This document shows, in pieces, positions 52,861 to 64,000 of a stretch of 64,000 bases of DNA. Source of the DNA: Felis catus. Lineage: Eukaryota. The stretch's first letter is position 1. The number at the start of each line of letters is the position of its first letter. The notes beneath the pieces were generated by a model. That model was not told where the DNA came from and ran no database searches. It saw only the letters and a list, made by a program, of their open reading frames with translations. The stretch covers positions 186,746,001 to 186,810,000 of the forward strand of contig NC_058368.1 of assembly GCF_018350175.1 (NCBI RefSeq). The letters run 5' to 3'. Made by a program: the position numbers and the translations under genes.

Positions 52861-54701
52861 TTTGGATAGTCCCTGGAGTCGTGCGGGACTGCGGGCACTT
52901 CCTCTGTGCTGCCTTGAATAACTTGCGTTAGTGGGTGGAGCCACAGTCACACCTGATGTCTGCCCCCAGCCCACCGCTGGGGCTACAGTCAGACTGGTGT
53001 GTGCCTTTTCTTCCCCTCTCCTAGGGGTGGGATTCATTGTGAGGTGGAGTGGCCCATCTGGGCTACTTGCACACTGCCAGGCTTGTGGTGCTGGGGATCT
53101 GGTGTATTAGCTGAGGTGGATCGGCAAGGTGCACAGGGGCAGGACAGGCAAGCTCAGCTCGCTTTTCCTTCAGAGATCCCCTTCGGGAGGGGTCCTGTGG
53201 CACCGGGAGGGAGTCAGAGCAGGAGGGATGGATCCACAGAAGCACAGCGTTGTGTTTGGGCAGAGCAAGCAAGTTCCCTGGCAGGAACTGGTTCCCTTTG
53301 GGATTTTGGCTGGGGGATGGGCGAGGGAGATGGCGTTGGTGAGTGCCTTTGTTCCCCACCAAGCTGAGCTCTGTCATCTGGGGCTCAACAATTCTCCCTC
53401 ATGTTGTCCTCCAGCTTCCCAGCTCCCCGAGCAGAATTGTTAACTTACAACCTTCCAGATGTTAAGTCCTGCTTGCTGTCCAAACACACTCTGTCCATTC
53501 TCTCTGCTTTTGCCAGCCAGCCTAGGGGTCTGTGCTTGGCGGGCATGCCACCCCTCAGCCCCGGCTCCCTTCTGCCAGTCCGTGTAGCGCGCACCACCTC
53601 TCCGCCCTTCCTACCCTCTTCCGTGGGCCTCTCATCTGCGCTTGGCTCCAGAGACTCCGTACTGCTAGTCTTCTGGTAGTTTTCTGGGTTATTTAGGCAG
53701 GTGTAGGTGGAATCTAAGTGATCAGCAGGATGTGCGGTGAGGCCAGCGTCCTCCTACACTGCCATCTTCCTGAGATCCCCCAATGGTACTTTTTCTAATT
53801 GTGTCTTCTCTTTCACACTTATTCTAGAATTCTTTATAAAAGAAATTCATCCCATTTACCAAGTCTGTTGAATTCCCCTGAGGTAGCATTCATAAGTCAA
53901 AAGCAAGATACTTATTTTCTTTATCTGTAATAAGTTTGTAGTAAGTGTTCTCAGTAAAGGTTAGAATCTTAGCAATCTTTAATGGTACCCAATGATGTGT
54001 ATTTTTTTTTTTACTTGTATTTTGTTTTTACATATTCTTATTTTTTGTGGGTAGGGATTCATTTTCTTATGAATTCATGACATTGCAAAATATATTTAAT
54101 ATGTTCTAATGAATTACATTATTCTTTTATGTAACTGTTTTATGTTGAAAACTTCAAATGCATACAATGATTGAGATGATAGGAAATAATAAATTCATGT
54201 ATCCATCACCGCCAGCTTTAACAATGATCAATTTAGAGCAAATCATTTTTTTTATCTATAGGGCCCCCCATCCAAATTATTTAGAAGTAAAATCTAGATA
54301 GATATTTGTTCCATATGTGTTTACTATGTTTCTCTGATTACAAGAGACTCATTCGAAAATTAAATCATGTCTATAGTAGCATTGTACAACCATCATTACA
54401 GTTTTCAAAATCACTGGATAACCAGTCAGTATTCATATTTCCCCAATTCTCTTACAAATGTATATTATATGTTTGCATTTTGTTTGTTTGAGTCAGAATC
54501 CAAATAAGGTTAATGAATTATTTGATATGTCTCCTAATTCTCTTTAATTCTGAGTTTCCCCCTTTGCCTCTTTCCTTTCTTTGCTATTTTTTTATTACAA
54601 AAACTAACTTTTAAGCTCTATAGATTTTCCTACATCTTGGATTTGCTGACTTGATTACTATTAAACAGTTACAAAACAGAAATTCAGCCATCATTCTTTT
54701 T

Positions 54702-54813
54702 TTAATATATACTTAAATTTATTTAGTTAAATTCAAGTTAGTTAACATACAGTGTAATATTGGTTTCAGGAGTAGAACCCAGCGATTCCTCACTTACATA
54801 TGATACCCAGTGC
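54702..54813 (-). mobile_element. Short carnivore L1 3'-end fragment
   Basis: aattcaagttagttaacatacagtgta...ggtttcaggagtagaa...acccagtgc; flanking repeat tcattcttttt at 54691-54701 and 54814-54824. Confidence 0.75.
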
Positions 54814-55006
54814 TCATTCTTTTTAATCCTCAAGTTATCCTATCTTTAGCTAGTAGAAGAAAGAAGTGGTTATCGATTAATTTCATTATTCCTTATAGTA
54901 GAAAACCACATAAAGTATTAAAATTAAAGGAAAACTGAGGGAATGAAGAGAATACACATGTAAACTTTCCTAACTATTAATATATTTTTTAAAACAGGGA
55001 AAATAA

Positions 55007-55169
55007 GGGGAGCCTGGGTGGCTCAGTCGGTTGAGTGTGCGACTTCGGCTCAGGTCATGATCTCATGGTCTGTGAGTTTAAGCCCCGCATCGGTCTCTGT
55101 ACTGACAGGTCAGAGCCTGGAGCCTGCTTCTGATTCTGTGTCTCCCTCTCTCTCTGCCCCTCCCCTGCT

Positions 55170-55223
<54 letters not shown>

Positions 55224-55264
55224 AATAAATAAACATTAAAAAAATAAAAAATAAATAACTAAAT
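55007..55264 (+). mobile_element. Can-SINE with long (CT)n
   Basis: TSD aaaacagggaaaa at ~54991 and 55265. Confidence 0.92.
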
Positions 55265-55329
55265 AAAACAGGGAAAATTAGCCACAGTGAAAGGCTACAT
55301 ATACTTTAAAGAAATCATAAAATAAATTT

Positions 55330-56270
55330 GGAACCAAGAACAAATATTATGTCGTGTGAGTATAGTTAATGTACTCACTTTCCCTTAAAATAAAAATATT
55401 TTCAAATTCGTTAACAAAACAAAATACAATTTGATAGTGTGTATGAGATGCATATTGAAATTAATCCAGGAAGATAAAAATAAAAGGCAGCAAAGATCTA
55501 CTAGACAAGTTCACGAGAAAAGAAGGCAAAGGTCATTATCTTGTTATCAAACAAGAGATAAATCAGGCCAAAAATAAAATCAGGCAAGAAAGAATATTTT
55601 ACAGGGGCGCCTGGGTGGCTCAGTCACTTGGGCGTCCGACTTCGGCTCAGGTCATGATCTCACGGCTTGTGAATTCGAGCCCCCCATGGGGGTCTGTGCT
55701 GACAGCTCAGAGCCTGGAGCCTGCTTGGGATTCTGTGTGTGTCGCTCTGCCCCTCCCTCACTTACAGTCTGTCTCTCTCTGCCTCTCAAAAATGAATAAA
55801 CATTAAAAAAAATTATAAAAGAATATTTTACAAAGCTGGAAACCACAATATACAAAAAAGATACAATTATTCATGTGTTTACCCCAAGTAATACAACCAC
55901 AAATTTTGGAAAGATATTATAGACAATGCAAACAGAAATAAACAAGAGAAACTGGTGATGATTTACTTTAACATATACATCAATCTGAAGCAGCCAAGAC
56001 CATTATTAATAATATAGAAGACCTGAACAACATAATTAGTAAGTGTATACAATAGATGTAAATAAAAATGTAAACCTGACAACAGAAATCATAACTTTAC
56101 AACTACATGTAGAATATTTGTGAAAATTGATTGTGCATTATACCCTAAATTAACCTCAGTACATTGCCCCAAAAATGTAATTCAAACAATATTTCCATGA
56201 TCACAAAGTTAGAAATTAATACAGGATTAAAATATAAGAAAATCACAATAAGTACTTCCATCTAGAATCA
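55330..56270 (+). mobile_element. Ancient L1 ORF2 endonuclease-region remnant, interrupted by a SINE
   Basis: A-rich degenerate text collinear with L1 ORF2 5' region (e.g. atatagaagacctgaacaacataatta, tgatcacaa..ttagaaattaata). Confidence 0.5.
55604..55817 (+). mobile_element. Can-SINE
   Basis: Perfect 15-bp TSD aaagaatattttaca at 55589-55603 and 55818-55832. Confidence 0.94.
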
Positions 56271-56379
56271 AAACAAGCAGTCCAACAAGAACCAAGCATA
56301 GAACAAAAAATAAAACATCTCTGTTAAAACAACTGAGTTAAAGTGAATAATTAAAATAAAATTATAAGACTTCCTGCCA

Positions 56380-58500
56380 CTTTTTTTTCTCTCATTTACT
56401 CTCACCTGGAATTTACCAATATTGTTAGTCTTTAAATAACCAGTTTTAACTCTGTTAATCTGCTCTATGTTATGTTTGTTTTCTATTTTATTAGTTTCTC
56501 TTCTTGTATTTATCATTTTCTTCTTTCTACTTATTTTGGCTTTAATTTACAGAGTTTTTTTTCCTTCTTCTTAGAATAGATGCTTAGCTTGATGATTTCA
56601 TCTTATATTCATATACGAATATATTCATTAGAGGTCATAATTTTAGGGGCGCCTGGGTGGCTCAGTCAGTTGGGCATCCAACTTTGGCTCAGGTCATGAT
56701 CTCACGGTTTGTAAGTTCGAACCCCACATCAGGCTCTATGCTGACAGCTTAGAGCCTGGAGCCTCCTTCAGATTCTGTGTCTCCTCTCTCTTCTCCCCCG
56801 CTCGTGCTCTGTATCTCTCTCTCTCTCAGATATAAATAAACATTAAAAAAAATTTTTTAGAAGTCATAATGTTACATATAAACATGGTGTTATCTGTACT
56901 CTACAAGTTTTAATTTGTGGTATATTCATTATCATTCATCCTAAAATATATTTTAATTTCCTTTATTTCTGCTTTAACACTTGGGGTTATTAGGAAGAAT
57001 ATGTTTTTAAGTCCAACATATGAAGTATTTCTACTTATAATTTTGCAGGGCAGTATAATCAAAAAACAGTATAAATTTCAATTCCTTAAAAATTTTTAAG
57101 ACTTCCTCTTAATGACTTAGCATTTGGTCAGTTTTTGAAATTTATACTTTTGCTTTTGAAATGAATTTATGTACATTGTCGTGTTCTATATAGACTTTTT
57201 AGGTTGAGTTTGCTGATAGTGCTATTCCAATATTCTCTGTTCTTACTGATTGTTTATATGTTTTTTCTATACTTTATTAACACAAATGATTAACATTTTT
57301 CTACAATAATTGTGCAGTTGGCTATTTCTTGTTTTTTTCTCTGTCAGATTTTGAGTACAATTTTGAATTTTGAATATTTTCTTGATGAATTTAAAATTTT
57401 ATCATTTCTGATATTTAAATTTTATCATCTAAAATTTACTTTCTGATATAATACTGCTGTATTAACACTTTAATTCTGATAGACAGATAGATATCTACCT
57501 ACCTACTGAGAGAGACAGAATATTATGGAAGTATAATTAACATATCAAAAATATACATAAAGTATATATCATCATAATCAATATAACGAATGTTTCTACC
57601 ACCCACAAAAGTGTTCTCATTTCCCTCTATAATCCACCCTTCCCTCCACCCCTATCTATAAGCAATCACTAAACATCTGCTTTATGTCAGTATAAATAGT
57701 CCAATTTTCTACAATGTTACATAAATAAAATCAAATGGTCCATATTCTTTTTTTTACTAGATTTTGTAACTTAAAATATGATGTGCATATATGATAACAT
57801 ATAATTCATGTTATCCTGTGTATATATAGTTCACTCTTTTTATTGCTAAGTAGAAATCTATTGTAAGGATGTATCATAAATTATTTATTCATTCTCCTAT
57901 TTATGGACTTTTAGGTATTTTTCTTTTCATTTTGGAGCTATTACAAGCAAAGCCACATGAATGTTTGAGTACAAGTCTTTGTATAAACATTTATTCCATC
58001 CACTTTGGATGGAAACCTTTTAGGACTCTATTTTGTTTTATGGCTTTGTTTTCAACCATTACCTTTGCAAATATTGTTTTTATTCTATTCTCTTCTCTTC
58101 TTCTGGGAAATTCATGGCACACAAGATTGACCTTCTCTTACCTCTTTTCAATGTTACTAATTTTTTTGATTCTGTTTCTTTCTGGTTATTTGATTTATTT
58201 ATTTTTACATATATTCTGGTATACTGATTTTGTTTTTGGTTGTCTGAATTTTTATTTAACTAACCTTTGTACTCTTTATTTCACATAATTTATTATTTAG
58301 TTCTTGAATTTTTATTTTTATAGTTTCTATTCTGTCTGCAAAAACTGTCATTGTTTATTTCTTTTTATGTAGAAAGCATATTTACTTAAATGCCTGTATA
58401 TCAAGGCTCCCATAATTGGAGTCCCTGTGGATCTGTTTTTATTATCTATTTTCCTGTAGTGTCATTAATGTTGAAAGATCTTCCTGTGTGCCTCATTGTC
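56380..58500 (-). mobile_element. Ancient antisense L1 fragments (ORF2 5' part plus an embedded L1M 3' end at ~57520-58000), interrupted by a SINE
   Basis: T-rich degenerate L1 text; ORF 56268-56516 (INTRRETNKIENK...EQINRVK) resembles the ORF2 linker. Confidence 0.5.
56646..56857 (+). mobile_element. Can-SINE
   Basis: TSD taga(g/a)gtcataat at 56629-56641 and 56858-56870. Confidence 0.9.
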
Positions 58501-59178
58501 TTACAAAGTTTGCGAGGCATTGTATTGAGCTCTAGAAATATATTATCCTCCTTTAGGAAAGACTTAAATTTGGCCTATAAGAATTAAAACTCCAGGGTGC
58601 CTGGGGGCATTGGACTCAATTTCGGGAATTGAGATCATTCTATTCCAAGATGCAATATCTATGCAGGCTGTGTGACTCTGCAGTATTCTGGGGACCCTAC
58701 TCAAAATAAGACTTTTAGGTATTTTTCTTTTCATTTCATTTCTTTTCATTTCACCATAGTTACCTACATTTGGACCCTACATCTCATTCTTCTTGCTCAG
58801 CAGGCTGTCAAAAAGTGTTTCTCAATCTCTCAAGGGATTACAACAACAAATATAACAAACCAACCCCAAAAATAATCCCAGAGGAAGAATGGTCCAAACA
58901 GACTGATTAATAAGAAGCATATGTTGGTAGCAAAAAATGTGACTTAGAGTAACACTTCTCACATTCTTTTAATCACTTATACCATCTATATTGAGGTGTA
59001 CAGAGTCTGTTTGTTTTTAGGATATATTTTTGGCAAGTGTGGCTTGGGTTTGTCCTTCTCTCTCCAAATAAAATATTGGTAGAATATCAGTAATTTTTGT
59101 TCTTAACAATAGACTTCGGTTGCTACTCACTCACTCAGAAGCTAAGAGGTCTCCATGGCCACTTCTGAATGGAGGCCA

Positions 59179-59182
59179 TGGG

Positions 59183-59226
<44 letters not shown>

Positions 59227-59304
59227 CCTTCCTCCCTCCCTCCCTCCCTCCCCTGCTCTCTCAGACTCTCTCTCTCAAAATACATAAATAAACATTTTAA
59301 AAAA
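59179..59304 (+). mobile_element. 5'-truncated Can-SINE (3' half only) with (CT)n/(CCCT)n
   Basis: tgggattctctctc...ctctcaaaatacataaataaacattttaaaaaa; tRNA-derived head absent. Confidence 0.75.
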
Positions 59305-59701
59305 CTTTTTATGTAACTGATTTAAAATCATTTCCCATCAATATTAGCTATGAAACAGAGATGTACTACTTGATTTGCTGCTCCTGAATTTTGTCAAATG
59401 GTAATACTCTTCATAAACTATGATTTATTTGTATTGAGGACCTCCTTTCATGTCATCTGCTGCCACAAGAAAATAGCAGAGTATCCAAAAGTTCACAGGG
59501 TATCCAAAAGCTGCTCTACTGAATATTTACAACATGGTCCTGGGAAAAGCAGGGAGAAAGAAGCATCAACCAGGCAGTTGATGAAACACTTGCAGACAGG
59601 CTAGGACAAGTGGTTCATTTCTGCTGCCATTCAGGGCCGCCTCTAAATCTCATGGGTATATTGTCATCTTTACTCTTTCTAATGTCCAGCATTTTAGTGG
59701 A

Positions 59702-59703
59702 TT

Positions 59704-59755
<52 letters not shown>
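59702..59755. repeat. (TTTC)n tetranucleotide repeat
   Basis: Direct reading. Confidence 0.95.
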
Positions 59756-60019
59756 GGCGGGTGTGTGGGGGGGTAGCTTTCCATAATTAAAACTCTTCCT
59801 TGTGTTGCAGGAAATTTTTGTCTTTTAAGACTTTGTGGGAGAAACAAGGTTTAAAAGAGAGCTTTCCCAGGCTCCTTGAAGCTCAGACACTTTGCTTGTC
59901 AAAAGCACCAACCTGAAACAGAAACTCAAAGAAAGAAGGGGAGGGAAACAAGGGAACACTAGCAATTACAGGTTTCCAGTGGCATGGGAGGCAAAATTAT
60001 CATTATCTCTGCTTTGTGG

Positions 60020-60250
60020 CTGCTGTGCTAGGCATGACATTGTTATGTTCGGTGCTGTGCCCACTACCTGATTCCGAGCATGATTTTGTCTATGATGTTG
60101 GTTTACCTGGATTCTGGTTGTTCTTGCCTGTTTTCAGAACCTGATTTTCCAGTCCTTTAACTTGTACCTTTGTGAGCTACTCATATTGTTGTAATAAATT
60201 CCTTTTCAGCTTAAAGCAGCCAGGAGTGGTTTCTGTTGTTTACAATGATG
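60020..60250 (+). mobile_element. ERVL-type LTR 3' part (LTR33-like)
   Basis: tgtgagctac...taataaattccttttcagcttaaagcagccag.agtggtttctgttgtttacaa. Confidence 0.5.
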
Positions 60251-61426
60251 GCTCATGACCAGTGTAGTCATTATCCTCATTATCATCTTTATCAGCCTTA
60301 AAAGCTAGAAGTTATTATTCACTTAAGATGTGCCAGCCACTTTGCTAAACGCTTCATGAGCACTACCTCAAACAAGTCTTACAGCAAAAATGGTCTGTTG
60401 ATGATTCTGAGATGTAGGTACCATAATTATCCTTAATTTACTTTTGACAAAACTGAAGCTTGAAGAAGTTAAAGAGTTTGGCCAAAAATCTAGGCACAAA
60501 AGCCAGGATCTGAACTCAAACCCTTTTAATCCCCACACTGTATTGTTTCCATTAATAGCAGTAGTATTGTTCATGTTATTATTACTCTACTCCCTCACTC
60601 CTTAGCAAACTATTAATCACTTTAGCTTATGCTATCCTACAGCTTTGATAATGTTTCCAGTACAGGTAAGAAAATTTAGGAGTTCCCTGAGTTGCTCAAG
60701 GTCACATGCAAATAGTAGGTGATGGAGACTGGGAATTAACTCAGATCTGCTGACTCTAGTGGGATTCAGGTTTTATTAAACTAGTAAAATCCTAAATAAT
60801 TTGGCTGCCATATGTAGTCAGTCAGTGAACACTTTAGTAACAGAAACTATATTGTAAAACACTGAGAAATCAGGGCCATCTATTTTTTAAGCAGGATTGT
60901 ATTCCTAAAGGATGTGTGATTCTAGCAGGCTTCCATTAAATACCTGTTAGTGTGATAAACTGAATTGAATATCATATCCCTCAACCTTAATTATGGTATA
61001 TTGTTGATATCTATAGATTTTTTTGGCTTTTTAATATATAGAAACCTGCCTTCCTTGTAAAATATTCCTTTACTTTGTCCCCATTAGAAAATAATATTTA
61101 GGGCTAAAATGCTAACTCCCACAAAAGAAAAAAAATGGAATATTAAGTTGTTAACAGGAAATGATGTTTCTATGACTAAGTTCATGGAACCATTAATTTA
61201 TGATAGTGAAAAACTGCATATAACTTAAAATTTCCACATGAACCAGAATAGCCTCACTTTGATTCATTTTTTAATAATCTGCATTTGCTATTATTTATTA
61301 AAAGCATTAACTTGTTTAAGTGGCATTTGGGAATCTTCCATCCAAATCCATATGATAACAGGCACAGAACCCGGGAGTCAGCTCAAATCCTCTCGTGCAG
61401 ACTTCCCACAACTCTTCACCAGGTTT

Positions 61427-61648
61427 GTTTTTTTTTTAATTTTTTTAACGTTTATTTATTTTTGAGAGACAGAGACAGAGTGAGCGCTGGGAGGGTCAGA
61501 GAGAGAGGGAGACAGAATCTGAAGAGGCTCCAGGCTCTGAGCTGTCAGCACAGAGCCCCACGACATGGGACTCAAACTCAGGAAAGGTGAGGTCATGACC
61601 TGAGTCAAAGTCAAATGCTTAAGGCGACTGAGCCACCCAGCCGGCCCC
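61427..61648 (-). mobile_element. Can-SINE
   Basis: TSD tcaccaggttt at 61416-61426 and 61649-61659. Confidence 0.93.
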
Positions 61649-61835
61649 TCACCAGGTTTATCCAATCCAGCCACACAGGCTTTCCCAGCATGCCTTAAAC
61701 ATGGCAGCCAGGCTTGTACCTCAGTCTTTGCACTTTCTCTTTCCTTTGCCTTGCAGTATTTCCCCTGATATCCACATTCAGGGGTACTTTCATTCAAATG
61801 TCAGCTGCTTCAGGGTGTATCAGAAAAGCATTCTA

Positions 61836-62052
61836 GGGGCGCCTGGGTGGCGCAGTCGGTTAAGCGTCCGACTTCAGCCAGGTCACGATCTCGCGGTCCG
61901 TGAGTTCGAGCCCCGCGTCGGGCTCTGGGCTGATGGCTCAGAGCCTGGAGCCTGTTTCTGATTCTGTGTCTCCCTCTCTCTCTGCCCCTCCCCCGTTCAT
62001 GCTCTGTCTCTCTCTTCCCAAAAATAAATAAACGTTGAAAAAAAAAAAAAAA
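61836..62052 (+). mobile_element. Young cat-type Can-SINE
   Basis: CpG-intact, pure poly-A. Perfect 14-bp TSD agaaaagcattcta at 61822-61835 and 62053-62066. Confidence 0.96.
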
Positions 62053-62172
62053 AGAAAAGCATTCTATGTAAATGTGAACATTCCATGTTCACCCACTGCC
62101 CTTAACCCCTCTTTATTCTTCTCTATTGCACTTGTATTTGACCTAATATATAAATATATACATATAGGTGTG

Positions 62173-62200
62173 GTGTGTGTGTGTGTGTGTGTGTGTGTGT
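62173..62200. repeat. (TG)n microsatellite
   Basis: Direct reading. Confidence 0.95.
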
Positions 62201-62647
62201 TTAATTATGAATTACTTTCCTTTCCCACTAAAATACAAGTTTCAAAAAAAAATCCTGTTCTGTTTGGTTACTGCAGAATTCCCAACCGCTAAGTCAGTGC
62301 TGAACATATAGCTATTGGCCAACAAATACTTGTTTAGTGAAAAAAGTTTGTTTGGTCTTATGTAAGCCTATGACTGAATTTATGGTTGAGTGTTTATTCT
62401 GTCTTTTTGAAAAATCGTCCTCTTCTCTGAATAGAAGAGTTGAGTTCTGTTGGTCATTTTTAGTGTTTTTACCATTTCCATGCTGAGCACTCTTCTATTC
62501 CTGATCATATAAATTAATTGCTCCTTTCTTATATTCCTTGACCTTACACTGTGATTTTTGGTCCTTGCCATAAATTACTTTGAATGTTATCAAGTAGAAT
62601 CCTGTATATTTTAAAAATACACAATTTTATGAAGCTTAGATGTGAAT

Positions 62648-62778
62648 AGGAAGGGGAGGAAGGGGAGGAAAAGGAGGAGGGGAAGGAAGAGAAAAGGAAG
62701 AGAGAGGAAGAAAAGAAAAGAAAAGAAAAGAAAAGAAAAGAAAAGAAAAGAAAAGAAAAGAAAGGAAAAGAAAAGAGA
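62648..62778. repeat. Polypurine tract with (GAAAA)n
   Basis: ~130 nt of G/A only, including about 11 GAAAA units from ~62710. Confidence 0.92.
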
Positions 62779-63363
62779 TGAGACAAGAAAAGGGAAGGGA
62801 AAACATGTAATACTATTCAGTCATTTTGTCTAGAAGTATGAGAAAGACCATTAAATCTGTTTACTTGTCCTCATTCCTATACTAGCTAGAAGGAACTAGA
62901 ATAAAATTAGTGCTCCTTCCACTTGTCTTCCCTAGACATGACTCTCTTTGGTGGTTTACCCAAAAAATGGAAAAAATCTGAAAGCTGAACCAAAACTGAG
63001 GCAAGACTGGTCTTGAATAGGACTCCTATATATGCCTATATATTGTTTGAAAATGAGAAACTTAAAGCTAAATTACAAAACACAAATTAATGTCACAAAT
63101 TAATTTCTTTCAATTCCCTAATCTAAAACCAACATAAGGGCCATAGTTACACATCAATGGGGTGAGTAGATTTTAGCAACAGCTACAACAAAAGAGAATA
63201 CTGGATTTATAAACAGAGAAACCTGTTTGAGATGTGGCCTCCTTCAAATAGTAGGTGTGTGGCCTTGGGCAAGATTTCTGGCTGCTCTGAGCCTCAGTTC
63301 TCATAAACCTCGAATTGCAAAAAAGAAACATGAAATAGCTACAGGAGAATCAGGTTATGTTAT

Positions 63364-63910
63364 TGTAGTATTGTGATTTATAATAAATATATATTCTTCA
63401 TCTACTGCTTCTGGCTCAGAGCCCCTAAAACCCATAGAATTTTCTAGGTATTGAGATCCATAAAGATGTCTCTTGTTATGTTAATGATGTGACTTCTGGA
63501 CCTTTCCTAAAGATGCTGGCTGGTTGCCAGGTGAACAAACCACAGGACTAGAGGATAAGAAATTTTAGTCCCACCCCCTGGCCTCTGGAGAGGAAAGAGT
63601 GACTGGAGCTTGCATCAGTCATCAATGATAAATGATCATTGATTTAATCAATCATTTCTATGTAATGAAGCTGCTAGAAAAACCCAGAAGGAGAGGGTTC
63701 ATGAGAGCTTCCAAGCTGGTGAACATATGGCGATTCAGAGAAAGTGACGAACCTAGAGAGGGCCTGGAAGTTCTACACCCTTTCCCAACACCTTGACCTA
63801 AACATCTCTCCTCTGGCTATTTCTGAGTTACATCCTTTTATAATAAACTGACAATCTAGTAAGTAAAAATGTTTTTCTGAATTCTGCTTTAGCAAATTAA
63901 TCAAACCCAG
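63364..63910 (+). mobile_element. LTR element (MER21-like)
   Basis: tattgtgatttataataaatatatat...ctggctcagagcccctaaaaccc...gatttaatcaatcat..ctatgtaatgaag...gagagcttcc...ggtgaaca...tttataataaactg...agcaaattaatcaaaccc. Confidence 0.7.
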
Positions 63911-64000
63911 TGTTGGCTCAAAACCCTTCTAGGAGCTTCCCAGGTAGAATCTGAAACCGGCCTCTGTGCTCAGAGGATAGGAAGAGATTGAAGAAAGGCA

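Larger units (their letters stand above)
47872..53781 (-). mobile_element. Full-length LINE-1 (cat-type, more decayed), both ORFs disrupted
   Basis: 15-bp TSD aatggta(a/c)tttttct at 47857-47871 and 53782-53796 (14/15); TT/AGAAAA site on the minus strand; poly-T 47872-47892; 5'UTR 52861-53781. Confidence 0.97.

Noticed and set aside
41081..53781. Single inverted duplication or twin-priming event as origin of the L1 pair
   Set aside because: Each copy is full-length with its own distinct TSD and poly-A, different 5' ends, and only one has the 3' transduction: two separate insertions.
57869..58288. 139-aa hydrophobic ORF resembling a membrane protein
   Set aside because: T-rich antisense ancient L1 sequence yields Phe/Leu/Ile-rich frames.
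5508..61961. Recurrent MAQSV...SAQVMIS...LTAQSLEPASDSVSPSLS ORFs that look like a gene family
   Set aside because: All are translations of Can-SINE bodies.

Overview
Mammalian non-coding DNA, most likely from a felid: it carries carnivore tRNA-derived Can-SINEs, including the CpG-rich cat-type form, and cat-like LINE-1s. I found no host protein-coding gene, RNA gene or CRISPR array that I can support. The window is dominated by transposable elements. The centrepiece is two full-length ~6 kb L1s (41081-47079 +, 47872-53781 -), each with its own target-site duplication (TSD), lying tail-to-tail 762 bp apart and so forming a ~12.7 kb imperfect palindrome. They differ clearly in the 5'UTR and ORF1, yet their inner halves share an identical frameshift, an identical nonsense codon and several unusual substitutions. 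This points to arm-to-arm gene conversion, or to an assembly artefact. Other notable events: a 46-bp 3' transduction on the + L1; a ~520-bp TSD-flanked 'orphan' retro-insertion of non-L1 DNA inside an older L1; and a 4-5-layer nested insertion series at 10.6-15.4 kb. Repeat subfamily names come from recognising consensus-like motifs by eye, not from a database search.
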